DNA from: Octopus bimaculoides
Taxonomy: Eukaryota
Reading direction: 5' to 3'
DNA: 36,569 nucleotides
Assembly: GCF_001194135.2 (NCBI RefSeq)
Contig: NC_068989.1
Coordinates: 51,017,926 to 51,054,494 of the forward strand
A program made the position numbers and the translations under genes. The notes beneath the pieces are model-generated. The model ran no database searches. It was not told the DNA's origin and saw only the letters and a program-made list of their open reading frames with translations. Shown here in pieces: positions 1 through 12,095 of the stretch. Every line of letters starts with the position of its first letter. Within the stretch, counting starts at the first letter, position 1.

Positions 1-1829
1 ATATATATATGAAGAAGGGATGTGATTGCTGAAGGATTAGGTGTATATATTAAGAAATAAGTGAGCTCAATACTAATGAATATCAGAATGATAAACTTTA
101 GTTTTCTATTTTAACTTTTATCTGCACTAAAACATACATCTACCCACGCAGTGCGGTACTATTTTTGTTCTTAAACGGATGTGTAAAATTTGGTCGAAGA
201 CAACAAAAGATGAAATAAATATATAACATATTATTTAAAATACAAATTTATAATGCATAAATTTATAATATTAGCATATATAGGAGAAATAAAATTTCTA
301 AATTTAAGTGCCAATTAAAGCCGAAAATATATGGTTATGCACTCTGTAACAATTCTCAAAAATGTGTAACTTGATATAAAAGTCGATGCTAATTTTAGAT
401 TGGTATTTATTCCTAAGATTTCTCTTCAGGTGTAATATCTAAATTTGTATTGCACTAATCAACCACATATGATCTCTGTTCTCTTCTCTGATTCTACATT
501 TGTAAGAAATTGAGATATTTTGATAATATTCTACATATTAAGCAACTGAAATATTTTTTTGAGATGAACATATAACAAGGGGAAATAGCAAAACAAATAA
601 AAAGGAACAGGATGTTTTATAATTGCTATATTATTAGTTTCAAGAGGCAAGACTTCGTACAGCCGAATATATTGTTGTTTGACATGAATGGGAAAAAATG
701 TTTAAAGACTAATTTTGAAATACCATAATGAAACTAATGACGCTCTCATGAGAATATATTTTGAAAACAGTAAACAAATATAAATTCGAATATTACTTGC
801 AGGCATATTTGATCATTTTTAGCGCAAAAATCTTTACATAATTATGGTTCATATTAATATATTCACAAACATACATTAATCTTTATGTAGAATGATCTAA
901 TTTGATATAGCGTGTTCAATATACAGTCACGACAGTTTAGTGATAATAGTTGTAATTGACTCTCAAATAGTTCGCAACAACTTTATCAACTACACGCCTA
1001 CAGTGCGGTCTATGAAATTCAAGCGAGTAATGCATAAGCTAGAGAAAGCAAGAACGCGTTGTTTTCAGACTCTATCGTAATTTCCAAATCCAGAAAACAT
1101 CGACCGTAAAAGCAATGGTAAAATGCAATTTTTAATTTTTAATAAGGACTCAAAAGCATATATTTTCAAAGAGTTTCATTCTGTAGAGAGAAAATGTGAC
1201 ATATGAATGCCAATTGCGTAGTTCACAAGTCACATTTCTAGCTGGGGATTGCAGGAGGGCAATTCAGGGTGAGAAATGATGTGAGAAAGTTACTGTAATA
1301 AAGTGGGAAGTGGTACGAATATATAACATAATAAGGAAGTGTAGTTAATATAAAAGAAAAGTTTCAGTTGAGAAAAGATGTCTATGAAGAGTGAATAAAC
1401 TTACGATCGACAGGACGTAATAGGATGGGTAGTTTGAAATAATAAAGATCGTACAGTGATCGCACAAGAGGCATAATATGGAAGCTAGTGCACAAATACA
1501 AACACACACGTAAAGCACACACAAAAAAACTAAATAATGGCAAACGTACTTCGTATATTTGCGGGCTCGTATTCGTATATGAATCTAACCATTTATCCTT
1601 ACATACTTATATGTATATATGTGTGTGTGTGCGTGTGTGTGCGCGCGTGTATATGTGTATAAATATAAATATATATATATGTATATATATATANNNNNNN
1701 NNNNNNNNNNNNNNNNNNNNNNNNNNNNNNNNNNNNNNNNNNNNNNNNNNNNNNNNNNNNNNNNNNNNNNNNNNNNNNNNNNNNNNNNTGTGTGTGTGTG
1801 TGTGTGTTGTTGTATTTGGGGATGCTCAT

Positions 1830-2800
1830 ATTGCCAGTTTAGCCAATAAAAACACACGCACTGTATACTTGGTGCTAATTTGCTTCAGCTTTATATTACA
1901 TTACATTACATATATCCTATTTCGGCCAGAGTTCTTTCGTCACACTTCTGTGACCTCATCAGTGGTCCTTTGCTTTCTTCTTTCTTATATGTGTCCCACC
2001 TTGCTAACTATCAGCCATTTTGTATTTTGTATTCCTATTGTATGTGTCTACGCATGCGTATCCCTCTATGTGCGTGTATGTTTTGTAAGTGCATGTGTGT
2101 ATATGGGGAGTGCCTGTATTATTTATATCCTCTGATAATACATGTTCGTTTATTTTTGTTTTTATTTATTTATTTGTTCATGTGTTTATACCTACTTCTT
2201 TTTTGTGTTTTTTTTGGATTTAATTTAATTTTGTTAACGTATGTAGTATTTAATTCCATTTATTTATCTATGTATTGTATTATATTTTGTTCATATTGTT
2301 ATCGGTTTATGGGGGAATTTATTGTCATATGTTGTGGTTTGTTGGGTGTGTGTGTTAGTGTTTCATTCCAGTTTCCTATTCAGGCTATTCTTCTATTATG
2401 TGTGTAGCTTCTGTAATTTGTCTAAGTGCTGCGTCTGTGCTATGTGTGGACAAGATTTTAATTTCTATGTTGTTGAGTGAGCCTCCGTGTTCTTGCTCTG
2501 TGTGCTGGTATAGAACTGATGAGCTCTTCTCTCCTTACGTTCCCTCTAATGTCCATTTACCTGCTCTCCTATGCTCCGTGCTGTTTTCCTATATACGTCG
2601 TTGTCTTGTTACTGCTTCGTACCTCTGTACATCTTATACTATACACCAAAGTTCTGGTTTTACAGTTTGTTTGTGGGCTAAATCTACATACAGTACAGTT
2701 CCTATCAGTGCAGGGTTTCTACTAAAAGGGTATGTTCTACTGATAAGGGATTTGATAGTGTTACCTGGCCTTTCAACAACCTTAATTCTTAGCTTAAGCT
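1830..2800 (-). mobile_element. Penelope-like retroelement remnant (Neptune-like): 5'-truncated Cys-rich linker plus GIY-YIG endonuclease end, followed by 3'UTR/pLTR
   Basis: Manual minus-strand translation across frameshifts gives LKLRIKVVERPGNTIKSLISRTYPFSRNP..DRNCTVCRFSPQTNCKTRTLVYSIRC..NKTTTYIG / SVLYQHTEQEHGGSLNNIEIKILSTHSTDAALRQITEATHI..LNRK. This fits the PLE GIY-YIG domain with its upstream Cys cluster. A hammerhead motif lies in the downstream UTR. The left boundary is approximate. Confidence 0.85.
1924..1968 (-). ncRNA. Minimal type I hammerhead ribozyme motif in the Penelope-like 3' region
   Basis: Minus strand reads GGACCA-CUGAUGA-G-GUCACA-GAAG-UGUGAC-GAAA-G-AA-CUC-UGGCC: intact core boxes, 6-bp stem II, 2-bp stem III, CUC cleavage triplet, and stem I of 5 bp with one bulge. 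Confidence 0.75.
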
Positions 2801-2897
2801 AAGACAACGACATATGTAGGGGAAACAGCACGGAGCATAGGAGAGTGGGTAAATGGACATTGGAGGGGACTTAAGGAAGAGAAGAGCTCATCAGTTC
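2801..2897 (+). repeat. Inverted duplicate of 2513-2607 (GIY-YIG 'YVGETARS' segment), head-to-head with the Penelope-like remnant
   Basis: The reverse complement aligns by eye to 2513-2607 at roughly 90% identity. It translates as KTTTYVGETARSIGEWVNGH. The junction carries a perfect 16-bp palindrome, CTTAGCTTAAGCTAAG (2788-2803). Confidence 0.9.
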
Positions 2898-3419
2898 GTC
2901 TTTTAAATTGGAGGTTTCCAAAAAATAATTTCCATTATAGATTTTTTCATATTTTGCTGGTAGCTTACTGGCGTAAAATTGGGAATATGAAAATAATACT
3001 TGTATAAGGTATGTTGTAAATTTATGGAAAGAAATCTCATAAAACTCAAGAGTTTTGATAAAAAATGGAAAAGAGAAGATGTTAAAATGCATAAGAGAAT
3101 TTTAATACATGTAGACAATCGTTTCGTACAGCGATATAAAAATCATGCAAATTCATGGTTGAATAGAATTAATTAACTTAATTACATTATGATGAAGGAG
3201 ACATATTTATCTTTATTAGAAAAAAGATGTGTGAGTCCAGTTACGAATTAACTAAATCTAAAGGCTGTAACGGTTATTTGAAAATATAAATGAGAGAGGT
3301 TTTAGAGACGTTCCGTCTATAGATGAATAAGAAGATTAGGAATTCTAACTTCAAAGAATTGGTGTAGGAAAGAGATTCTATAGAAATCTCCAAATAGGTG
3401 GTGTAGGGAAAAGATTGTA

Positions 3420-3742
3420 TAGAATATATCTTAACTCTTCTACTCTTATTGCCTCCCATTTCTGCTCTTCAACATCCTCGAGTCTCACTTTCACAGGTTC
3501 TATCCACTGAGCATAAGCATTATATTCATTTTTGTTGCTACATATCTTGTTCCAGTGCACTTCCATTTTTTCAGTCTTAGGTGGCTTTACTTCTATCTTG
3601 CATTTGCTAATTTCCCGATAAAATTTCTTTGCATCCTTCTTGAATACCTTGCTTTGTCGATAAACTTTGATTATTTTGTCATACCTTCTAAGCCGTTTGG
3701 CTTTCAGTTGCATTCGTGGTTTCACTATTTCCTTGGTTGCTG
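3420..3742 (-). mobile_element. Dong/R4-clade non-LTR retrotransposon fragment, pre-RT (N-terminal) region
   Basis: ORF 3378-3725: QLKAKRLRRYDKIIKVYRQSKVFKKDAKKFYREISKCKIEVKPPKTEKMEVHWNKICSNKNEYNAYAQWI...EEQKWEAIRVEELR. This matches the R4/Dong pre-RT pattern (RLRRY..QNKLF...KKFYR...FW..IW....HN..A.W). Confidence 0.8.
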
Positions 3743-4050
3743 ATAGATGCCAGGAACCCTCTTAAGTATCCTAGTTATCCCTAATAACACTGTTTTCTGG
3801 AGCTGTACTAAACTGGGTTTTATGCCTATTTCTTTTATCCATCTGTTCAAATCTTTAGATATATAGTTCCTAATGTACGTAAACCTACTGGGATACATTT
3901 TACCCGCACTTTCCAGAGTCTCTGTAATTTAACGGTAGGTCCCGGTATCTTGTTATTTTTTCGATACCTCTCATATTGAATGTTTCATCATTTCGGACTG
4001 TAAAGTCAATTATCTGGCACTTTCTTTTCTCTTTATCTACTACTAGTAAA
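3743..4050 (-). mobile_element. Dong/R4-clade non-LTR retrotransposon fragment, C-terminal restriction-like endonuclease (RLE) end
   Basis: Frameshifted minus-strand translation: LVVDKEKRKCQIIDFTVRNDETFNMRGIEKITRYRDL / LQRLWKVRVKCIPV / DLNRWIKEIGIKPSLVQLQKTVLLGITRILKRVPGI. This is the typical R4/Dong ORF C-terminus. Confidence 0.85.
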
Positions 4051-4076
4051 TAATGCTTTCTAGATTCTATTTGTCA

Positions 4077-4120
4077 TTCTTCTTCTTCTTCTTCTTCTTC
4101 TTCTTCTTCTTCTTCTTCTT

Positions 4121-4151
<31 letters not shown>

Positions 4152-4273
4152 TTATTATTATTATTATTATTATTATCATTATTATTATTATTATTATTAT
4201 GTAGAGTCCGTAATGTTATGATAATATTGTATAATATTTGTATAATTATTGTCATTATTTAAAACAGTATTAC

Positions 4274-4313
<40 letters not shown>

Positions 4314-4320
4314 GTTATTT
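4077..4320. repeat. Compound (TTC)n(TTA)n microsatellite with a second (TTA)n run
   Basis: Directly visible trinucleotide arrays at 4077-4200 and about 4270-4320. Confidence 0.97.
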
Positions 4321-5616
4321 CTGTGATCACATTGAATGTGTTGGTAAAATAAAAATTATTGCCACATTCATCATCAGTGTAACATTCATTATTCTAAATA
4401 ATTCTCCGTAATGTTTATTAGGTCATTCACTTCGATTGATTTAATTTACTATATAACATCGCCATTATGTTAACATGTAAACCATGTTACTCTCTAATAC
4501 CAAGCCATCATATAGACACCAGTGTGTGAATGTTCTTCAGGTATTTGAATAGTCACTAAATATAACTTAAATTTAATTATCATGAATATTTAAAAGGTAA
4601 AAAAAGCAATCTTTTTGGATAATTTGATTTGTGATGTAAAATGAATATAACATTTTATCGAGTGATAGAATGTAATCATATTTTTGTGATATTTTTAGAT
4701 TTTTTAAAAATGTAAATTACTGATATTTTTGATGTATTGTTCGTGTATAAATATTTATAAGAATTAATTTGTATATAGATTTTGTGATTTAAGTATAAGT
4801 AATAGGTTCGTGTTTTTGCTTCTCTGCTGTAGCATATTCAATTTTTAAGTCACCCTCACTAAGTGAATTACAGAGGATTTTTTGGCTTCGATACCGCTCA
4901 ACATAAAATATTTGTGTAATCTACAGACATATGACTCGTCACATTAAATCATATTATTTTTACGCGTCTCAACATAAATATTTATCTACTGCTTTGTTTT
5001 CAATTATTTATAAGTTTGCTTGTTTCAGACATATGTTTTACTTTCGTATTTTTCAGTCTATACATTTCTAAGTGTTCTTATCAAATATTAAATTAAAGGT
5101 ATGTTGAAATAAACTGGTTTGTTTTAATATTCCTTCCCTTATTTTATTATTTTGTTTCATTCCGTTTTAAAAAATAAAATTATTTTCTTACATTATGCGT
5201 TGAAGTGTATTTCTATAGACATAAGTTTATTAAAAGTTAAGTTTGAGTCAACATGAATAATGTTTACATATAGAAGGTAAATCTTCATACTGAGAAGTCA
5301 TAATAGTGTGTGGAGATTATTAGGAATAATTGGTGTGTGGGAGTAAAAACATTTCGACGAATAAGATAGGAAAGATCAATAATTCATGATGAATTTGTAA
5401 AATCATTATTAAGCCGGTGAGCTGTCAAACCCAGTACGATGCAGGACACAATCTTTACCGTCATTTTTTCTGCGTTTACTTGTTATTAAACATTTCGGCA
5501 TTGTTTAATAACTTACCATTTGAGCAACGTTGTCGAGTTAATTGACTTCATTGTCGCATGCATTTCAGGCCTTGTGCCTATATCAGCAATAATTATTAGT
5601 ATTACTGCTGAATTCC

Positions 5617-5934
5617 TTGTTATCTCCGCCTTATTGAAGGCGGAGGTATTGCTTTCGGTTGCGTTTGCTTCTTTGTTTGTCTGTTTGTCCGGGGACAAGA
5701 TACCTCAAGAACTACTGGATGGATTCAGATGAAACTTTTCAGGGATGCTTAGCCTCGTAACTGGTATCAACCGCTTAGATTTTGGGATGGATCTGGTGCC
5801 GGACAAAGATTCTGGATTATTTTTGTTATATTTACTTTTTTTATGAAGTTGTTGACATCTTTCTCTGATTATATCCCTTATATTATATTATCTCTCATAT
5901 ATTGTATATTATACATATATATTAATGATATACA

Positions 5935-5972
<38 letters not shown>

Positions 5973-6333
5973 NNNNNNNNNNNNNNNNNNNNNNNNNNNN
6001 NNNNNNNNNNNNNNNNNNNNNNNNNNNNNNNNNNNNNNNNNNNNNNNNNNNNNNNNNNNNNNNNNNNNNNNNNNNNNNNNAAACAACAGGAATACTAAAC
6101 GAAGGTCGGACTTTAAGAGAAGGGAAAAGCAAAAGGGCGCATACTCTTCATATAAAACGGACAAGAATTCTGGATTATGTTTTTCGTTTTTTTTTTGTTT
6201 AATTAATTTTTGAGAGTGGTCGAGTTCATTATAAGTATTCTCATTTCTGAGAGTAGTGAAGTTTATTAAACATATTCTCATTTTAAAAATCTCCGGCGAA
6301 TCGTCGAGAAGACGTTCTCTGAATGCTATTGTT
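5617..6333 (+). mobile_element. Putative non-autonomous DNA element, Helentron/HINE-like organisation
   Basis: 5' hairpin CTCCGCCTT-attg-AAGGCGGAG (5624-5645) is followed by a GTTT/GTCT microsatellite. The motif GGACAA..TTCTGGATTAT is repeated near 5801 and 6160. A (TA)n run and a gap lie inside. Classification is inferred from architecture only and the right boundary is approximate. Confidence 0.45.
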
Positions 6334-7156
6334 ACTGATGTATTTTCAGAGTTTTATTTCGAGTTTTCTGCGCAGCGCGAGAGAAAAAATATCATGTCTC
6401 AAGGGTGCATGGAATATATATTTTTCGAGGTTCAAGATTGTATATGTATACAACAGTAGATTTCTTCCTTTCTTAAGTTCTGAAATAACTTTAGTATTAC
6501 AACTTTATATTGTCAAAAGGAATATTTAGAGAGTCCTTTTGTTTATTGCGTGGCAATTGTGTTCATGAAGTGTTACTTATTTTATTGTCCGCTAGTGACT
6601 ATACGAGTGATAATAGTGTAACATGTTCGTTGCATTGCTGGTGTTATATAATTGACTATGAATTAGTTAAACATCATCTGTATGTAAAACACTTTCCTGT
6701 AAAATCATACATTGGTAAAATAATATGTTGTGCAGTTGAACATAAGATCTGAGCCTTGACAAACTAATGGCGGCAAAGGTTTATTTGGTATCATACAACG
6801 TTCATAAGATATACAAAAATGTATTTTTTTGTACTCATAAAAATGTTTCAAAATCTCGATAAGAAATTTCATTATAAATTATAAAATGCTTCTTACAATA
6901 TATATTGTTATTGAACTATGTAAAGAGCGGGTATTTGTTGAAATAATTTCTCATGTGTGTAATGCATTAAAAAGATCAAGAATGATAATTGTTTTCATTT
7001 GCAGAACTATGCAGTCTTGTTTTGTTCCCTTAACTTTTTGTTTTCATATTTGAGTTTTATCTCATTGCCGTCATTTTAAAACACTCTTCCTTTCGCTTGT
7101 CTGACAATGAAATGCTGCAACACATTATTGTAACTTTAATTCAATGAAAGCTTGCT

Positions 7157-7330
7157 CTTCTTCTTCTTCTTCTTCTTCTTCTTCTTCTTCTTCTTCTTCT
7201 TCTTCTTCTTCTTCTTCTTCTCTATTCCTCCTCCTCCCCCTCCATCTCCTTCTCCTTCTTCTTCTCCTCCTTCTCCTTCTTCTCCTTCCTTCCTTCCTTC
7301 CTTCCTTCCTTCCTTCCTTCCTTCCTTCCT
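7157..7330. repeat. Compound (TTC)n/(TCC)n/(TTCC)n polypyrimidine microsatellite
   Basis: Directly visible; it explains the low-complexity ORFs at 7144 and 7152. Confidence 0.95.
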
Positions 7331-8699
7331 GTTCTTGTTCTTGTCTTTCTTACACTTCCTAAGAGAAACCTATTTTCACCACAGTCTCATTTTAGATATT
7401 GTGATCGCTGAAAGTGTAAGAGACGAGACTGTTCTCGGCTGGATAAAAGAATCGTCCCAGGTTCAAACGATTCTTCCAATCGAACTCTGAAGTCAATTAT
7501 GAACTCCTCTGTAGATTAAAAAAAAAGAATAGCCACCAACTAGGAACAGATACTGCAGTATTAACGCTAGAAATGGTTGAGATACAAGGCAACTGGTCTT
7601 TGCAAGAGACGTTGCACTGAATTAAATATGAGATGAATATACAGCTCTTCTTTTCCTTTCAACAATATATCAATATACAGCACTATATGAAACCAATACT
7701 AATTATACGATGATCAGTTTCAACAAGAATTATATCAAATAAAGTTGATTAAGAAGATTATTATGATATCGATTTTTATTAGGTTAGAATATTGCTGAAA
7801 ATGTCTATAAAATAAGATATGAATAAGGAGTCTACACAAGGAATATATTTCATTATTTGAAATGCAAGCGCCATTGCTTTTACTGCCAGACCTGGAAAAT
7901 GATACCCGTAAAGCTATAAAATGGAATGCGGCCCTCTTCATTAACATAGAATGGTTTCCACGAGATATCGGTGGACTATGTGACTTTGTTGATTCTGATC
8001 AGACAGTATCTATAGTAACCAAGAATAGCTACAGCACATTCGTTACTCATCAACACCCATCTCGTCTGTCCAAGGCATTAATAAAAATCGATTCACAAAG
8101 TGAAACAGAACCATGTACGATAACACATAAAAGTTACATAACATTTCCAAAAAGAAGGTACTGTTTCTACCCGAAAATTCTTCATTAGTCTTCACAATTA
8201 TTGAGATCGATAAATTATGTTATATTACAACAACGGTAAGGCCAAATATTCGAAGAGTTCTCAATATTATCTCCGGGTGCCGGACTCATCTCAGTACGAG
8301 TCAAGTTCGAGAAATGTAATTTTCTCAGCTTGACGAATTCCTGCGAGTGAAAATGCGTAGAATAATATTGTATAGAAGTTTAAAGTGTGTTGCACATGTA
8401 AGTTTAGAATATACATCATTGTAATCTGGTTAAATGTATATATGACTGTGGAATGCCTGAACACTATTAGCTTCATAGAGTAGAGGACTATGTAATTCAT
8501 TTGATCGAAAAATTCCCTACATTGTGCCGAACACCTGAAATCAACTTCATTACGCCATGTATGATACTATATACTTTTGTAAGACATGTGTTGTTATGCG
8601 CATTTCCATGTCAGGCCAATGTTCAAGACAATCAGTTACAAACTTGATACGATACTGATTCTATGAAGAAAACATAAAACGTACAAAATACACAATTCT

Positions 8700-8700
8700 A

Positions 8701-8779
<79 letters not shown>

Positions 8780-8812
8780 ATATCTGTATATGTATATATA
8801 TATATATATATA
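8700..8812. repeat. (TATC)n followed by (TA)n microsatellite
   Basis: Directly visible. Confidence 0.97.
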
Positions 8813-9122
8813 CCTTTTACTCCTTCACTCGTTCTGTTTATCAATCTGTTATACTCACTGTGTATATATTCACCCTTATATTTATAAAATCTTTGATTAT
8901 ATACATTACATGAAATCAAACTTCTCATTTAACTCTCCATATTTAAGGGAGTGAGAGAGAGAGAGAGAGTGAGAGAGAGACATAGAGAAATTGAGAGAGA
9001 CTGAGAAGGATAGATAGATAAGTATATTGAAAAATAAATATAGTTAGATGCCTATGTAGGGAGTGACCCAAGTATATATACGCACACACAAATATGCAAT
9101 TCACTCTCTCTCTGTGCCTCAG

Positions 9123-9160
<38 letters not shown>

Positions 9161-10313
9161 AACTTTGTATATTAATATGACGCATAGATAAAAATATAAT
9201 CCTTTTATCTATAATCTATAATACAAATATATTTTTATATATTTTGTTATTCAAAACGGTAGCTTTGAGCATATAACCTTGACTTAGTACGACAGACTTT
9301 ACGAAGAAAAATATTGGTGCTGCAGGGAACCAGTAAATCATATGTGAATTAATTTCACATGTGTCTATGTGTATGTGTGTTTCAGTGTGCGTGTGTGTGA
9401 GGTTGTGCGTATATAACGTCGGTGCGCGCGCGCGTACATGTGTATGTGTGTGTGTGGAGGGAAAATGAGATTAAGCTATATCGAAGCAAACAATTAACTA
9501 ACTGGACGTCATTGTCTGGTTATCGTCATGACCTTTTGTGATTGATGCAGAGTTCTAGAATAAATTTTTGTGATAACTCATCTAACACTGATCAATAATT
9601 TTCCTTTAATACTTCAAATTTAGTTAAACATTTCAGATTGCAGACTGCCGAAAATAATATTGGAAATATGTTGCTTTTCTTCATCATTTCATTCTATATG
9701 TACAGCATTGGCAAAGAAAGGTCAACAAATAGCTCACCTAGCGCTATTTTTACATTACTGAAAAGTTTAAAAACTCTATATTTCAGCATTGTATCAGACA
9801 GATTGTAGAATAAAATAAAACAATATTTTGCTTATTTTACAGTTTACTAAAATACGCATCATATGCTTACACCAACTATATAGAAACATTTCTCGTCCAA
9901 TAACGCATGATAGTCACAAATGTGAGAAAGATCACACTGGGATATCTTCGGAATATTATAAGCTTATACATGATATTATTTGCACGAGGCAATGACATGA
10001 AATTTCAGCAGTGTTCGTCTTGCTAATGAAGCAGTGAAAATTCGTAGTAGATGCTTAGTATCGTACCAAAGCTGAATTTTCTGTAGCAAGGTGGTTAAAA
10101 TATTTCACTTCGTAAGCTCTTTCTTTCTCGTCCGATTTCTCTTCGTGTCTGTTTAGATTAGTGTCTCATATTAAAACATCGGAATGATCAATTGACGGTT
10201 GAGAATATAAGTTGGTAGGCGGAAAATGTGTAAGTAAAATCCGATTACACATGCGTTTGAAAATATGTTTCAATGCACACACGCGTATATATATATATAT
10301 ATATAAAATAAAG

Positions 10314-10345
<32 letters not shown>

Positions 10346-10625
10346 CTTTCTTATATTCACCGATGAAAGAAATAAAAGTGAAAACAATCATGCACTTTTC
10401 GAACACCGATATTTCGATTTCCAGTAATCATACAACGGTAAAAACGAACCTTGAAATAAAGAAACAATTACTATTAGTATACAATTATAACTATTTCTAA
10501 AAACGTTTTTAGCAAATGCATATATGTGATGTTTCAATACATATTCATGTAGAGTAGGACTGACAATTGATATCGCGACGATTGAAACGTTCGCCCTTTC
10601 AAAATTGTGCTCCCGAGCTCTCTAG

Positions 10626-11200
10626 AAGCTGAGACAAGCGGAGAAATTTGAGTATCTCGTTTAATTGGATGCTAGAATTGATGTTTCTGGTACAGTAATG
10701 CACAATCCAATCCTCGTAACAGGGGAGCTTTGAAAAAATGCTAAACATTCGGTTTCCGTGCCTATCCTCACAGTCATGAAAGTTGGACAATGACCGAATG
10801 GATAAGATCGCGAAAGGATGCGATGAAAGTTGTGTTCATCTAAAGGATATCTGGTGTAAGGTTATATGACTTGGTGTGTTACTCGGAAGTCATGGAGTCT
10901 TCCCATTTCTCGCCGATACTTCTCTACTTTGACTGATCGCAGCTCCGTTACTAAGGACAAGCGATTGGATGGTATCAGCAAACATTTGCAAGACCGATGT
11001 TTCAATCAGAGCCATCTGCTGGGCGTGCTGTTCGTAAATCAAAACCTAGATAGATGGATAACTTTTGCAGTTCCAGTTGGTCATGCTGAAAATACTGTCG
11101 GAACCTCTATTAACGATCGCTTCTAGTTGGGCACTCCTGGACATTCCCAGAAATAGGGAGCGGAGTATATGGTTGTTTGGATGGTGGTTGGATGCATGAA
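10626..11200 (+). mobile_element. RTE-clade LINE 3' remnant (Rex3/Expander-like)
   Basis: Frameshifted translation: KLRQAEKFEYL...SHESWTMTEWIRSRKDAMKVVFI*RISGVRLYDLVCYSEVMESSHFSPILLYFD*SQLRY*GQAIG...EPSAGRAVRKSKPR*MD. This matches the RTE RT C-terminus pattern (HESW.MTERIRSR..A.EM.FLRRI.G...SQLRW.GH...GRP..RW.D). It ends in a degenerate (GATG)n tail. Confidence 0.85.
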
Positions 11201-11465
11201 TATGTTTTAATATATGAGTAATATCAGTTAATACGTACCCTAAAACAGTTCATTCAACGACTAACATATTATCTACAGCGTCATACCGTTAAAGAAATCA
11301 CTTGCCATTTNNNNNNNNNNNNNNNNNNNNNNNNNNNNNNNNNNNNNNNNNNNNNNNNNNNNNNNNNNNNNNNNNNNNNNNNNNNNNNNNNNNNNNNNNN
11401 NNNNNNNNNNNNNNNNNNNNNNNNNNNNNNNNNNNNNNNNNNNNNNNNNNNNNNNNNNNNNNNNN

Positions 11466-12095
11466 ATTCGGCTAGTATTTCTATCCGCTCGAGTTGCAGA
11501 AGGGTAAGTGTTGATTTGTTAATAGTTAGTTCAATAATATCGTATATAAAGTTGTCATGTAATTTTATGGGATCATTCAGTGACACTCTTAGATAATTCG
11601 TAGCTTATCTAAGTCTATAATGTGTCCATCATCATTGATATATGTAGCAGATTATATGCTCATTTACAGGATTTTTAGTTGACTCACAAGTCCTAAGATA
11701 ATGATTGTGTTGGTGGGATCTCTGATGCTGACTGATATTTATGTTGAAACGAATGCGACTTGATGATGGTGATAGCAATAATGAGGAAGATGAGGATGAA
11801 ACGAAGTGGATGCGGATAAGGGGATGAGGATGGTGAGATAAGGATGAGGATGAGGATAAGGATGAGAGGATGTACATGTAGATCACCCTCATGATCATGG
11901 TCATGATAACAATGGGTTGTAGTGGCTGATGTTGAATACTGGGAATATGATACTACGGCCACGCTATATATGATGTGCGCGATGAAGTTAATAGTGACGA
12001 TAATATTAATGATGATGATGACGACAACGATGATGATGTTGCCTACGTGTTCGATGACGACTTTACAACTCAATTAATTCGGTACGTAACTGTTT
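11466..12095 (+). other. Paralogous segment A: unique flank, acceptor-like CATTTACAG|G, then GAT-rich (Asp/Glu/His) low-complexity tract; possible decayed exon or repeat
   Basis: Shares several anchors with 22778-23565: ATTCGGCTA.TATTTCTATC.GCTCGAGT, TTTGTTAATA.TTAGT..AATAATATC, TCATTTACAGGATTT and TTGAAACGA. The Asp-rich frame is broken by stops and frameshifts. The left end abuts an assembly gap. Confidence 0.6.

Noticed and set aside
1200-1490. Purine-rich stretches (also 3250-3420, 31900-32200, 32600-32900) that might be old LINE fragments
   Set aside because: No diagnostic motif is recoverable by manual translation.
1488-2407. Long ORFs of 215 and 175 aa
   Set aside because: They span an N gap and TA/TG microsatellites, and lie antisense to the Penelope 3'UTR; composition is low-complexity.
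5412-5480. Possible degenerate head of SINE family 2
   Set aside because: Similarity is too patchy over too short a length to support a call.
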